A stretch of 64,000 nt of DNA from Candidatus Latescibacterota bacterium (GTDB lineage: Bacteria; Latescibacterota; UBA2968; UBA8231), in the NCBI GenBank assembly GCA_965200315.1, contig OZ241362.1:3360001-3424000 (forward strand), read 5' to 3'. Shown here piece after piece: positions 1 through 10,575 of this stretch. Below the pieces are notes generated by a model. It saw only the letters and a program-made list of their open reading frames with translations, was not told the origin of the DNA and searched no databases. Position 1 is the stretch's first letter. Every line of letters begins with the position of its first letter. The translations under genes were made by a program, and so were the position numbers.

Positions 1-2
1 GG

Positions 3-458
3 ATCGACCTCGTCGTCTCGTCGCCGGTGGGTTCGGGCCAGATGAGTTTGGCTTACAACTATACGACCACTGAAGTCACCGACCACAACCCGGATATTCT
101 CGACGCGCTCCGGCTCCGGGAATTGGAGGAGAATCTGCCTAAGCAGCGCGGGAATTTGACGCTGACCCAAGCCCTGAGCGAGCGTTGGAGTGGTCTAGGC
201 CGCGCCAGCTACTACGGCGAATGGTACGACTCTGAAGACGATCAGACCTATAGTGGCAAGGTGCTGTTTGACCTTGAAACCAGCATCTCGTTTGACGAGG
301 CCCAATCCGCCATCGCCATAGGCGTGCAGAACATTCTCAACACCTATCCCGACGAACATGAACTAGCCAAAGAGCGGACCGGCAACAAGTACAGCCAATT
401 CAGCCCCTTTGGCTTTGGTGGCGCGTTTTGGTACGTGAAATACAGCTACAGCCGCTAG
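3..458 (+). CDS. TonB-dependent receptor, C-terminal part (5' end outside window)
   Basis: Frame is open from the window start; amphipathic beta-strands, 'GVQNILNTYPD' and terminal 'YSQFSPFGFGGAFWYVKYSY' are typical of TBDR C-termini. Confidence 0.85.
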   Translation: MDLVVSSPVGSGQMSLAYNYTTTEVTDHNPDILDALRLRELEENLPKQRGNLTLTQALSERWSGLGRASYYGEWYDSEDDQTYSGKVLFDLETSISFDEAQSAIAIGVQNILNTYPDEHELAKERTGNKYSQFSPFGFGGAFWYVKYSYSR

Positions 459-491
459 GATAGGAACGCCGAACGGCAATCCTACGTTATG

Positions 492-529
492 CAAAAGGCC
501 GGGTACCTGTTTTGGTACTCGGCCTTTTG
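492..529 (+). terminator. Rho-independent terminator (probably bidirectional)
   Basis: CAAAAGGCCGGGTACC-loop-GGTACTCGGCCTTTTG hairpin with A/T tails just after the TBDR stop. Confidence 0.8.
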
Positions 530-563
530 TATCTAATCCCTTTAACTACATTGGACGCAAGAC

Positions 564-2201
564 ATGGTCCTATCATACCGCGACGCTCTAGAACACATCC
601 GCCGCGCCTTCCCCCAACCAGTATCCGACCCCATTCACGATTCGTATTTCGTGCATTCCATCATGCGTGCCCTAGACCAAGTCGATGACCTGAAAATGCA
701 GTTGCCGACGCTTGGTCCAGTAGTTGCCGGCGACTTTGCTGAAGCGCAAAACGCCGAGCTGCCCGCTGAGATGTCTTCGGTCGAGGCGGTTACCTCAGAC
801 CTCGTCAGCTATCTGCGCGGCATAACCATCTCCACCCATCCTCACACCCAACAAAACGTCATCGCGCCCCCGACCATCCCCAGCCTCATCGGCGTCCTAC
901 TCGCCTCGTTGCACAACCCCAACATCGCTTGGGATGAATACAGCCGCCTCGTCGCCTTGGCCGAAGTCGAAGCGGTCGGCATCACCGCACGGATGGTTGG
1001 CTACGACCCACAACAGGCCAGCGGCACGTTTACCTTTGGCGGGACTGGAACCACGCTCTATGGGGTAAAAATCGGCTTGGAAAAGGCCTGCCCGCAGGCC
1101 ATGCAAAAGGGCGTCTCCGACGATGTGGTAGTACTCGTTTCCGACGCCGGGCACTATTGCGCCCACAACATCGTCGGCTGGCTCGGCATGGGCACCGATC
1201 AGTTGATCGTCATTCCGACAATAGCCGACAACGAGATTGACCTCGCGCAGCTAGCGGATGCAGCGCGGGCGGCTTTGGACAGCGGAAAAAAGATCGCCGC
1301 CATTATTGCGACTCTGGGGACTACGGATGCGTTCGGGTTGGACGATTTGCCGGCGATTGCGGCCTTGCGCGACTCGCTCGTCGATGAATTCCAGCTATCC
1401 TACCGCCCGCACATCCACGCCGACTCGGTCATTGGCTGGGCGTGGTCGGTGTTCAACGACTACGATTTTCAGGACAACCCCTTGGGGTTTCGGCCGCGGA
1501 CCCTGCGCGCCCTTGCCGGCGCGTGCCGCCGCATCCGCCATCTGGTGCTGGCCGATTCCATGGGCATCGACTTCCACAAGACCGGCTTTGCCCCGTATAT
1601 CTCTAGCCTCGTCCTCGTCAAAGACCGGGCGGATTTGCAGCTCCTGATGCGCGACCCGCAACAGATGCCGTACCTCTATCACTTTGGCGACCACCGCCCC
1701 GGCATGTTTACCCTCGAAACGTCTAGAGCCGGGACCGGCCCGCTAACTGCGCTGGCCAATTTTCGCTTTTTCGGCGAGCAGGGATTGCGCGTCGCACTCG
1801 GGCACATCGTCGAGATGACCCAGCTTTTGCGCGAGCACCTCGAAGGACACGAAGCCATCACCGTGCTCAACCGCGACAACTTTGGCACAGTAACACTCTT
1901 CCGGGTATATCCACCCGACGTGGATACTTTTGCGATCAAGCGCCAAGAATTTGAAGACCCGGCCTATCGGGAAACGCTGCTAGCCCACAACGACTACAAC
2001 CGAAAAATTTTCGATTACGTACATGCGGAGGCCATGGCCGGACGCGGAGTCGTCATTTCCTCAACCGACTGCTACCGGCGCACCCAATACGAGGAACCGA
2101 TTGTCGCGCTGAAGTCCTTTATTGTGTCGCCGTTTGTGGATGAAAAGGATGTCGAAATTGTAGTGGCAAAAGTCTTGGAAGCTAGAGAAAAGTTCGTCTG
2201 A
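564..2201 (+). CDS. Group II PLP-dependent amino acid decarboxylase (DDC/GAD family)
   Basis: GTFTFGGT, ATLGTT..D, HIHAD and ADSMGIDFHK (PLP lysine) motifs. Confidence 0.85.
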   Translation: MVLSYRDALEHIRRAFPQPVSDPIHDSYFVHSIMRALDQVDDLKMQLPTLGPVVAGDFAEAQNAELPAEMSSVEAVTSDLVSYLRGITISTHPHTQQNVIAPPTIPSLIGVLLASLHNPNIAWDEYSRLVALAEVEAVGITARMVGYDPQQASGTFTFGGTGTTLYGVKIGLEKACPQAMQKGVSDDVVVLVSDAGHYCAHNIVGWLGMGTDQLIVIPTIADNEIDLAQLADAARAALDSGKKIAAIIATLGTTDAFGLDDLPAIAALRDSLVDEFQLSYRPHIHADSVIGWAWSVFNDYDFQDNPLGFRPRTLRALAGACRRIRHLVLADSMGIDFHKTGFAPYISSLVLVKDRADLQLLMRDPQQMPYLYHFGDHRPGMFTLETSRAGTGPLTALANFRFFGEQGLRVALGHIVEMTQLLREHLEGHEAITVLNRDNFGTVTLFRVYPPDVDTFAIKRQEFEDPAYRETLLAHNDYNRKIFDYVHAEAMAGRGVVISSTDCYRRTQYEEPIVALKSFIVSPFVDEKDVEIVVAKVLEAREKFV

Positions 2202-2206
2202 AGCCG

Positions 2207-3577
2207 CTATTTCTCATGCGACGTCAAGGCGTCCCGGATTTCGCGGATGGTCCCTTCCAGCCGGTCTAGACGCTCGTTGGTGTCTTTTATCTCTTCTTGA
2301 ATTTTCGTTACGATCCCGACCTGTTCTTCTAGCTCCTCGATCTTCAAGGAATCCTCATCGCTTACGAGGATGCTCGTCAGCGTAGCCGTAAAGACACCCA
2401 CCAGAACCATCCCCGTAATCACTAGAAAAACGGTGAGGATTTTGCCCGAAGCCGTCTCGGGATTGTGGATGTCGGCATACCCGCCGGTGACCAGCGTCGT
2501 AAAGCTCCACCAAAGACTCGCCCCAAATCCCGAACCAGACTCCATGCGCTCCAAGCTCATAAAAATAAAGGCCCCAAACACGAGCGATAACAAGCCGTAC
2601 AGCAGGGACCGCTTGAGCAGCCGCACGTCCAACGTGGTGCTCAAGTGATCCATGCCGCGCCAGAAAAACAGCGCGATGCGGAACAATCGCAACGCCCGTA
2701 AAATTCGCACAGCCCTGAGCAAACGCCCCAAGCGAACGATACCTAGGTCGCCGACCTGTGATGCAGCGATGACCTGTACCGGGGGCAGCGGAATGGACGT
2801 TATGAAGTCGATCCAGTTGTTTTTCCAATACCACTTTTTGGAAGCGGCAAGCCGGTGTTCAAAAAAGAAGTTGGCCATGAAAATGGTGCAGCATATCAAG
2901 TCTAAAATCCAGAATATCCACAACGTGCCAACGGAAAAATGAGGTTCTATTTCCACAACGGGATTTGTATAGTGCTCCCCGAGGTTGATGACGTCCGCTT
3001 GTGTTAGTTTGCCCTCAACTACCTGTCCGGAAACAAGCGCACCAGACCCAACCGCATCCGCTATGTGAATGTTCACCCGCTCATATCCTTGCCCCCCGTT
3101 CAAAACGTTTATTCGATGTATCCTGCCTTCTACTACTTCGGCTTTCGCAATGGCACCGGTCCCTGTGGCCCCTATGCCGAGCAAGTCGACGACCAAAATT
3201 GCGATCAAAAAAAGTATCAGAAAAAAGATGAACAGATCTTTGGCCCGCACCCGTGCGACGCTGCCCAGTACTCTGGCCTGCTCATCCATCAGATGCTTCT
3301 TTTGCCGCGCCTGCTCAATGAGCCGGACCTTGTCCAGCAATTTCTCTTTTTCGTCGTTCAACCTAGCGATCTGCGATTCAGCCTTATCCAGACTCAGTTC
3401 GTATTGGCCGTGCCGTTTGCTCAAACTGACCGTTTCGACCGTTTCGATCATTTCGTCGAGTTCTTTTTCTGCCTCGACTAGCTGGCGGTCAATCCTATCG
3501 ATCTCCTGCATTACCACATCTTTCATCTTGGTAATGCGTTCGAGAGAGCACGATTCAAGTCGCCTTGATAATGACAT
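2207..3577 (-). CDS. Voltage-gated potassium-channel-like ion transporter with N-terminal coiled coil and extracellular insert
   Basis: S3 'NWIDFITSIP', S4 'RLGRLLRAVRILRALRLFR', pore helix 'LWWSFTTLVTGGYADI', S6 and C-terminal coiled coil; start set at ATG 3577 downstream of AGGA. Confidence 0.8.
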   Translation of the reverse strand: MSLSRRLESCSLERITKMKDVVMQEIDRIDRQLVEAEKELDEMIETVETVSLSKRHGQYELSLDKAESQIARLNDEKEKLLDKVRLIEQARQKKHLMDEQARVLGSVARVRAKDLFIFFLILFLIAILVVDLLGIGATGTGAIAKAEVVEGRIHRINVLNGGQGYERVNIHIADAVGSGALVSGQVVEGKLTQADVINLGEHYTNPVVEIEPHFSVGTLWIFWILDLICCTIFMANFFFEHRLAASKKWYWKNNWIDFITSIPLPPVQVIAASQVGDLGIVRLGRLLRAVRILRALRLFRIALFFWRGMDHLSTTLDVRLLKRSLLYGLLSLVFGAFIFMSLERMESGSGFGASLWWSFTTLVTGGYADIHNPETASGKILTVFLVITGMVLVGVFTATLTSILVSDEDSLKIEELEEQVGIVTKIQEEIKDTNERLDRLEGTIREIRDALTSHEK

Positions 3578-3617
3578 GGTGAGTCGTCCTATATAGTTTG
3601 CGGGTTGTCGATCTCTT

Positions 3618-5291
3618 TTAGAATAGCCCCTTGATCTGTCCTGCTTCGTCGAGATCAATCGACTCGGCCGAGGGCTTCTTCGGCAGGCCGGGCATCGTCA
3701 TAATATCGCCCGTCAGCACCACTACAAAACCAGCCCCGGCCGAGACCTTGACGTCGCGGACCGGCACGTCAAAGCCGCGTGGCCGCCCCCTGAGCCCGGG
3801 ATCAGTCGATAGCGAGTACTGGGTCTTGGCGATGCAGACGGGCAGGTTGCCGTAGCCTCCGTCCTCTAGCCGCCTGAACTTGCTCCTCAGCATCTTGTCC
3901 CCCATGATGTCGTCGGCACCGTAGATCGCTTGGGCGACAGTGCGGACCTTGTCCCAAAGCCGCATGTCGTCGGAATAGAGCAACCTGAAGTCGCTCTGCG
4001 TATTTTCGGCCGTCTGCACCACGGTGCGAGCGAGGTCTTCGGCACCTGCACCACCGCGGGCGTGGTGATACGCAGGGACGACCTCAACGCCGAGGTGAGC
4101 GCACTTGTCGCGGATGCACTGGACCTCGGCATCGGTGTCCGTGGCGAAAGCGTTGACCGAGACGACGACGGGCAAGCCGAAGAGGCGGATGTTTTCGATG
4201 TGCTTCTTGAGGTTTTCGACGCCCCGTTCAACCGCTCCGACATTGGGTTTGGCGATGCTTTTGAGCGAAGTACCGCCGTGAAATTTGAGTGCGCGCACCG
4301 TGGCCACCAACACCACGAGGTCGGGCGTCAGGCCACTCTGGCGGCACTTGATGTTGGCGAATTTTTCCGCGCCCAAGTCCGCGCCAAAGCCAGCCTCGGT
4401 GATGGTGTATTCAGAGAGGCGCGTACTCAGGCGGGTGGCGGCGATGGAGTTGCAGCCGTGGGCGATATTGGCAAAAGGGCCGCCGTGGACTAAAGCCGGG
4501 TTGCCCTCTAGGGTCTGCACCAGGTTGGGTTGGCAGGCGTCCTTGAGCAGCACCGCCATGGCACCGTGGACCGCTAGGTCGGTAGCGCGAACGGTTTCGC
4601 GGGAGCGGGTTTGGGCGACGACGATCCGGCCGAGCCGCTCTTTGAGCTCGGCCCGCGATTCGGACAGGCAGAGGATGGCCATGACCTCCGAGGCGACGGC
4701 GATGTCGAACCCCGATTGGCGTGGAAAGGAGTTGGCGGTCCCCCCTAGCCCGACGACGATGTCGCGCAGGGCCCGGTCATTTATGTCGAGGACGCGGTTC
4801 CAGACGATGCGGCGGTGATCAATGCGGCGCACATTGCCGTGGTGGATGTAGTTGTCGAGGGCCGCGGCGAGTAGGTTGTGGGCGGCGGAGACCGCGTGGA
4901 TGTCCCCGGTGAAGTGCAGGTTGATGTCTTCCATCGGCGCTACCTGAGCGTAGCCGCCGCCGGCTCCCCCGCCCTTCATGCCGAAACAAGGCCCCAGCGA
5001 AGGCTCTCGCAGGCAGACGGTGGCGCGTTTGCCAATGCGGTTGAGCGCGTCTCCTAGGCCGATGGTGGTCGTGGTCTTACCCTCGCCGGCCGGAGTCGGG
5101 TTGATGGCCGAGACGAGGATCAGCTTGCCGGTAGTAGGCGCGTTTTCGAGCTGCTGGCAGAAATCCTGCGAAACTTTGGCCTTGACGCGGCCGTAGTGTT
5201 CGAGGTGTTCGGAGCCGATCCCGAGCTGGGCGGCGACATCGTCGATGGGGCGGAGTGGAGTTTGGCGGGCGATTTCGATATCCGGTAGCAA
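3618..5291 (-). CDS. fhs: Formate--tetrahydrofolate ligase
   Basis: [52 protein letters not shown]; TTG start after AGGAG. Confidence 0.97.
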   Translation of the reverse strand: MLPDIEIARQTPLRPIDDVAAQLGIGSEHLEHYGRVKAKVSQDFCQQLENAPTTGKLILVSAINPTPAGEGKTTTTIGLGDALNRIGKRATVCLREPSLGPCFGMKGGGAGGGYAQVAPMEDINLHFTGDIHAVSAAHNLLAAALDNYIHHGNVRRIDHRRIVWNRVLDINDRALRDIVVGLGGTANSFPRQSGFDIAVASEVMAILCLSESRAELKERLGRIVVAQTRSRETVRATDLAVHGAMAVLLKDACQPNLVQTLEGNPALVHGGPFANIAHGCNSIAATRLSTRLSEYTITEAGFGADLGAEKFANIKCRQSGLTPDLVVLVATVRALKFHGGTSLKSIAKPNVGAVERGVENLKKHIENIRLFGLPVVVSVNAFATDTDAEVQCIRDKCAHLGVEVVPAYHHARGGAGAEDLARTVVQTAENTQSDFRLLYSDDMRLWDKVRTVAQAIYGADDIMGDKMLRSKFRRLEDGGYGNLPVCIAKTQYSLSTDPGLRGRPRGFDVPVRDVKVSAGAGFVVVLTGDIMTMPGLPKKPSAESIDLDEAGQIKGLF

Positions 5292-5315
5292 AGTGAACTC
5301 CTAACGTGAATAGGT

Positions 5316-6134
5316 CTATACGCCGCAAAATGCGGAAAAGCCGCCATCGATAGGCACGATGGCACCGGTGACAAACGCGGCTGCGTCCGAAAAGAGCCAC
5401 AGGGCCGCGCCGACGACTTCGCGCGGATCGCCAAAGCGGGCCATGGGGACGTTTTTGAGGATGGTCTGGCCGCGGTCGGTCAGCTCGCCGCTTGCTTCGT
5501 CGAGGAGCAAGAAGCGGTTTTGCGCGGTAATCATAAAGCCCGGGGCCACGGCATTGACGCGGATTTTGGCCGCGTAGGTCGTAGCCATATGCACGGCTAG
5601 CCAGCGGGTGAAACTATCGGCCGCCGCCTTGCCGTTGGAATACGCCAAGGCCCGCGACAGCGGCAGCCCGCCGCCGATGGAGGTGATATTGACGACGGTC
5701 CCTTCGCCTTTCGCGGCGAAGACGCGGCCCACGACCTGCGAGGGCAGGACGGCGCTTAGATAGTTGAGGTCCATCACCATCTGGACCGCTTCTGGATCGA
5801 TATCAAAGAATTCAAGCTCGGGGGAGGTGGTAGTGTCCTTGTGACTGCCGCCGGCCCCGTTGAGCAGAAAATCAACCGTGCCAAAGTGCTCTATGGTCTC
5901 CGCGAGTGCGGCCTCAACGCTATCTTTGCTGATGACGTTGCACTCGACGGGGAGTACCTTGCCGGGGAAGTCCTGATTGATCTCGTCGGCTTTGGCGCGG
6001 GCCGCCTCTGGAGCAATGTCCCAGATCGCTACCTCAGCACCGGCTTGGGCAAGGCCGCGGGCGATCTCGCCGCCAATGGCACCGCCAGCGCCGGTCGCCA
6101 CGGCCTTTTTGCCGTGAAAGTCAAAAGTAGTCAA
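5316..6134 (-). CDS. uxuB: SDR oxidoreductase, D-mannonate oxidoreductase-like
   Basis: TGAGGAIG, NGAGG, YSNGK, RVNAVAPGF..QNRFLL..G.LT.RG pattern of the mannonate oxidoreductase SDR subfamily. Confidence 0.7.
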   Translation of the reverse strand: MTTFDFHGKKAVATGAGGAIGGEIARGLAQAGAEVAIWDIAPEAARAKADEINQDFPGKVLPVECNVISKDSVEAALAETIEHFGTVDFLLNGAGGSHKDTTTSPELEFFDIDPEAVQMVMDLNYLSAVLPSQVVGRVFAAKGEGTVVNITSIGGGLPLSRALAYSNGKAAADSFTRWLAVHMATTYAAKIRVNAVAPGFMITAQNRFLLLDEASGELTDRGQTILKNVPMARFGDPREVVGAALWLFSDAAAFVTGAIVPIDGGFSAFCGV

Positions 6135-6247
6135 GGTGATGCCTCTCCTTCTATTAAAATTCAGTCTCTGAGTTGTAGCACCGGATCAGTGCGGGATACG
6201 GGCCGGGGGCCGTCAATTCGGGCAAGGTCGCAGAGGGGTGGAAATAC

Positions 6248-7078
6248 TCATCGTCGCCGCGCTGGAGAGCGGACCCTGCTCATCGCCGATGCCAACGCCG
6301 CGTAGCCGACCGCGCAGGATTCGTCGAAATCCATGGTGACAAACGTCTCTATCGCTAGGGCTCCGGCAAAGCCGATGTCCCAGAGCCCCTGCACGATGCG
6401 CGGATAATCGAGGCTGCCTTGGCCGGGGATTTTGTGGTCCCAGTCGGGATAGGTGCCGACGTGGTCCTTGAGGTGGGCGTGCGCGATGCGCCCCTGCCAC
6501 TGGTGGGCGACCGCGACCGGATCTAAGCCGAGGAGCGTCAGATAGCAAGGGTCGAAATTGACGCCAAAGGACGCGCTGCCGATCTCGTCGTGCAACTCCA
6601 AGAAGCGCTCGGGGGTGTCGGTGAGCCAGCCGGCCCACACGCCATCAACTGCCAACTGCACGTTGCGAGGCTCCGCGTAGGCAAGCGCGTCTTGGAGATA
6701 GGCGACCACTCGCCGCCACGCTGCGGCTCGCTGGGCAGCATCGCCTTGAGGACCGCCCATGTGGAAGACGACGAGCGGTGCGCCAACGTCCACAGCCAAA
6801 TCGACCGATCCCTTGAGATTGAGCGGTTCATCAGTAAAAAGCGAGTCGGCGAGATTGGCGTGAGTGATGACCGCTTCGATGGTCAGACCCCGCCGCTCGG
6901 CAATACTCCGCGTCTGCACACGCAACTCGGGCGTCACCGAGCGCGGGTCCGCCGACGGCCCGTGGGTCCCGGAAATGTCGATGCCGTCGTAGCCAGTAGC
7001 GGCGATCTTTTTCAGTGCCGGCTCGAGCGGCATTTCAAGCCGGTCGGTGTAGCTATAGGTGTAAAAGGCGAGGCGCAT
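6248..7078 (-). CDS. Sugar phosphate isomerase/epimerase (AP endonuclease 2 TIM barrel)
   Basis: GVNFDPC, HAHLKD, PGQGSLDY, LAIE motifs. Confidence 0.85.
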   Translation of the reverse strand: MRLAFYTYSYTDRLEMPLEPALKKIAATGYDGIDISGTHGPSADPRSVTPELRVQTRSIAERRGLTIEAVITHANLADSLFTDEPLNLKGSVDLAVDVGAPLVVFHMGGPQGDAAQRAAAWRRVVAYLQDALAYAEPRNVQLAVDGVWAGWLTDTPERFLELHDEIGSASFGVNFDPCYLTLLGLDPVAVAHQWQGRIAHAHLKDHVGTYPDWDHKIPGQGSLDYPRIVQGLWDIGFAGALAIETFVTMDFDESCAVGYAALASAMSRVRSPARRR

Positions 7079-7206
7079 GGCTCAAATTAAATTGCGGGAT
7101 GCCGATGTGCATGGGAGACTTCTTCCTTGGTAGGAGGAAGCAAAGCGCACATCTTATTCTATTTAATCGGCCCCTTTTTTGCAATTTCACGTGGAGGAGA
7201 TACAAC

Positions 7207-8289
7207 ATGGCACAACCGTTGGGCAAAGCCTACAAACAGATCGCGGCGACGCAGCCGTGCGGAACGTATCGCGGCGCAGTGGTCGGCTGCGGCCGGATGG
7301 GCAGCACCATCGACGACGAGCACATCGGGATGCCGCACTATCCGTGGCCGTGGGCACACGCCCCGGCCATGATCGAAGCGCGAGGCATTGAGCTGATCGG
7401 CGCGGCTGACGTGGACCGAGCCAAGTTGAACGACTTCGCCCAGCACTGGGGAGTAGAAGCCCTGTACGAAGACTATCGAGAGTTGGTCGCCCAAGAGCGG
7501 CCCGACGTAGTGGCCGTGACGACGCGGCCCGACGAGCGAGCCGAGGTGGTGATCGGCCTAGCCGAAGCCGGAGTGCGGGCGATTTTTGCCACTAAGCCGA
7601 TGTGCCGCACCTTGGCCGATGCCGATGCCATGATCGCGGCGTGCAGGGCAAGCGGCACGATTCTGTCCATCGCCTGCCATCTCAACTGGTATAATTGGTA
7701 CACCAATGCGCGGCAGGCCATAGTCGAAGGGGCGATTGGTCGGTTGCGCTCCATGATCTGTCACAGCCCGCACAGCCTGTCGAATCTGCAAAGCCATACG
7801 CTGGCCCTGTTTCGGCTGTTTGCCGGAGCACCGGCCGAGTGGGTGATGGGCGAGATGGACGACGATGCGCAGGCCGCGGCCGACCGGGATTTATCCGGTT
7901 CGGGCTACATTGCCTACGCCAATGGAGTGCGCGGCTTTTTGAACTCCCGCGCCGACCGCTCGGGGCATGGGTGGACTTTGGAGTTTATCGGCGAGCGCGG
8001 GATGATCGTCACGCGCAACGCCCACGCGCAATTCGAGCTGTGGGGAGCGCATCCAGAGACTGGCGAGCCGATCCAGCGGCAGTTTCCCAACCCGTGGCAC
8101 CCGCGGTCGTCCATGGTCGATGCTATTGAGGGCGTCTGTCGGGCGATTGAAGAGGGGGAAGAGCGGATTTGCCCGGGGGAATTTGGGCGCGAAGCGCTGG
8201 AAATCGCCATTGGTCTGCGCGAGTCGCATCGGCAGGGCAATGGGCGGGTGGATTTGCCGCTGGCGGATCGGACGTTGCGGATGGGCTAG
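7207..8289 (+). CDS. Gfo/Idh/MocA family oxidoreductase
   Basis: VVGCGRMG, PDVVAVTT, 'TKPM' (EKP-like); ATG 7207 after GGAGG. Confidence 0.85.
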   Translation: MAQPLGKAYKQIAATQPCGTYRGAVVGCGRMGSTIDDEHIGMPHYPWPWAHAPAMIEARGIELIGAADVDRAKLNDFAQHWGVEALYEDYRELVAQERPDVVAVTTRPDERAEVVIGLAEAGVRAIFATKPMCRTLADADAMIAACRASGTILSIACHLNWYNWYTNARQAIVEGAIGRLRSMICHSPHSLSNLQSHTLALFRLFAGAPAEWVMGEMDDDAQAAADRDLSGSGYIAYANGVRGFLNSRADRSGHGWTLEFIGERGMIVTRNAHAQFELWGAHPETGEPIQRQFPNPWHPRSSMVDAIEGVCRAIEEGEERICPGEFGREALEIAIGLRESHRQGNGRVDLPLADRTLRMG

Positions 8290-8360
8290 CGGGCGTCGTC
8301 AACAAGTCTGTGCAAAAAATAAGGGCCTTTGCCGGTTTTTGAGTTGTTATTCACTAGATA

Positions 8361-8639
8361 TTATTTCTTATTGCTAATTCCTTGGATTACCTCGGTCTCA
8401 CCTCGGCCAAAGTCCGTGCTCAATCCCAGAATTTGTGGAGACCGAATGGCTCGGATTTTGATCTATTTATAACTGTCTATCGCTGGCACATCTTCACCTT
8501 TTCTGCGCCCTGCTTCTAACTCTACTGCAACTGCTTTTGGAACAATTATCTCCTGGTAGAGTTTTTGCAGCAGATCAAGGAGGCGAAGTCGATGCAGATA
8601 AAAGATCGGCGATGTATTGCTGATTACGACCTCAGGCAT
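8361..8639 (-). pseudogene. DUF3368-type PIN-like toxin remnant
   Basis: Hand translation MPEVVISNTSPIFYLHRLRLLDLLQKLYQEIIVPKAVAVEL...SYK*IKIR...DFGRGETEVI; in-frame TAG at 8463-8465 and C-terminal part missing. Confidence 0.8.
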
Positions 8640-8882
8640 TTTGGCGGTCCTGTTCTAATTCCTCATGGGTCATATCAAAGATAGGCACACCGTAGTGACC
8701 CATATTTTGGAGGAATTGGATGCGCGACATGCCAGCGCATTCAGCCGTACGCCCGGAAGACATCTTACCCATTTCATAGAGCTTGGCGGCGGCAGCCATG
8801 CGGACCTCTCGGGTAAATTCTTCGGGCGTCTCTTCTAAGGACAGAAAATCTCTTCGGACACTTCAATCTGAATCGTCTGCAT
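8632..8882 (-). pseudogene. UPF0175-family antitoxin, frameshifted
   Basis: MQTIQIEVSEEI/(frameshift in T run)/LSLEETPEEFTREVRMAAAAKLYEMGKMSSGRTAECAGMSRIQFL...; 251 nt span; overlaps the toxin start. Confidence 0.8.
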
Positions 8883-8935
8883 TGTTATTCCTTTGGTATC
8901 AGCGATCTAATGGGACGGTGGGACGCGACGCCTGT

Positions 8936-10501
8936 TCAGCGCATGAGATCGGCGATGCGCTCGCCAATGGCCATTGAGGTAATGTTGGTGTTGGCGCGTA
9001 CGCAGTCGGGCATGATGGCTGCGTCGGCGACGCGCAGGTTTTCGAGGCCGTGTACCCGACCATGCTGATCGACGACGGCCATTGCGTCGCTCGCTGGTCC
9101 CATCTTGCAGGTCGAGGAGACGTGGTGGCTGGTGCCCACTTCGCGCCGCATCCACTCGTCGAGCGCGGCGGCGGTGTCGAGTTCGGCGTCGGTGGGGCCG
9201 ATGCGCTCGACCACGAGCTCGTTGAGCGCATCGTGGTTGAGCAGGTCGATGATGATGCGGATGGATTCGCGCAGGCGGCGGCAGTCTGAAGGCTCGGCCA
9301 AGTAGTTGTAGTCGAGCACGGGCTGCACGTGCGGGTCGGTGGAAGCCAGTTTGAGTTCGCCCTGCCCCTCCGCCAAGTAGATGCAGCCGACCAAGTAAAA
9401 GCCCAAGGGTTTGGAATGCGACGAGACGTAGTAGCCCTCGGTCGTGGCAAAGGAGGCCGGGATAATGAACATGTCGTTGCGCCAGTCCGAACCGGCGGCC
9501 GTGTAGCGCAGGCCGATTTGCAGCCGAGGCTCCGTGCCGTCGCCGAGGTACTCGTCCTTGGCCCGCAGCGTCACGCTCACCTGCGGATGGTCGCGCAAAT
9601 TCTGGCCGACGCCGGGCAGATCGCACACCACGTCAACGCCCATCGCCTCCAAGTGCGCGGCCGGCCCGACGCCCGACAGCAAGAGCAGGTGCGGCGAGCC
9701 AATGGCCCCACCGCAGAGCACGATTTCTCCGCCGTGGACCGCGGATAGAGCACCGTCGCGCTCGACGAGCAAGCCGGTGGCGCACTGGCCGTCAAAGAGC
9801 ACACGGTGGACGTGAGTGTTGGCTTGAATGGTGAGGTTGGGACGACCGCGAGCCGGGTTGAGGTAGCCGATGTTGGTGCTCCAGCGGATGCTCTCGGCGT
9901 TGTTTAAGGCCAAGGGACCGACGCCGGTGGAAGCAGGGTCGTTGTGATCGGGGCAGTCGGGGTAGCCCGCGGCGAGCGCGGCCTCGTAGAAGGCGCGGTG
10001 CTCGGGGTTGAGCTCGTGATCTTTGAATCGCCGTGCGCGGATGGGGCCGTCGGCACCGTGGTAGGGGGCATCGCCGTAGTCGGGGTCGGATTCGAGGCGG
10101 CACAAAAAGGGCAACAGGGAGTCGTGGCTCCAAAGGTCGTTGCCGGCCACCGCCCACGAGTCGTAATCTTCGGGTACGCCGCGCAGAAAAATCTGTGCAT
10201 TGACCGCACTCGACCCGCCGACGATTTTGCCGCGCGGCACAAACATATCGGGGCGCAGGCCCGTGGCCCGGGCGCGGTACTCCCAGCCAAATCGGGTGCC
10301 CAAGCCAAAGGCGCGATCCCAGATATTGCGATCGCGCCCGTAGGCATAGCGAATCTCTTCGGGGAGGTCTTCAACCGCAGCAAAATCCGGCCCGGCCTCC
10401 AGCAGCAAGACCGACCGACTCCGATCCTCGCTGAGCCGCGCCGCAAGCACTGCTCCCGCCGCTCCCGCCCCGGCAATGACGACATCGTAAGACGCAGACA
10501 T
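8936..10501 (-). CDS. GMC family oxidoreductase (choline dehydrogenase/MftG-like)
   Basis: GAGAAG FAD motif, RGKIVGGSSAVN, LSGVG, GQNLRDH, HVSSTCKMG, RANTN; ATG 10501 after GGGAG. Confidence 0.9.
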   Translation of the reverse strand: MSASYDVVIAGAGAAGAVLAARLSEDRSRSVLLLEAGPDFAAVEDLPEEIRYAYGRDRNIWDRAFGLGTRFGWEYRARATGLRPDMFVPRGKIVGGSSAVNAQIFLRGVPEDYDSWAVAGNDLWSHDSLLPFLCRLESDPDYGDAPYHGADGPIRARRFKDHELNPEHRAFYEAALAAGYPDCPDHNDPASTGVGPLALNNAESIRWSTNIGYLNPARGRPNLTIQANTHVHRVLFDGQCATGLLVERDGALSAVHGGEIVLCGGAIGSPHLLLLSGVGPAAHLEAMGVDVVCDLPGVGQNLRDHPQVSVTLRAKDEYLGDGTEPRLQIGLRYTAAGSDWRNDMFIIPASFATTEGYYVSSHSKPLGFYLVGCIYLAEGQGELKLASTDPHVQPVLDYNYLAEPSDCRRLRESIRIIIDLLNHDALNELVVERIGPTDAELDTAAALDEWMRREVGTSHHVSSTCKMGPASDAMAVVDQHGRVHGLENLRVADAAIMPDCVRANTNITSMAIGERIADLMR

Positions 10502-10575
10502 AACGACTCCCTTTGATTTGTATTTAGTGCCCTTAATACACGACAATACCGTTACGCATGGGCATCGAGGTATTA

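Noticed and set aside
8936-10501. Mycofactocin locus (mftG)
   Set aside because: No mftA/B/C or other mft genes in the window; only a family-level GMC call is supported
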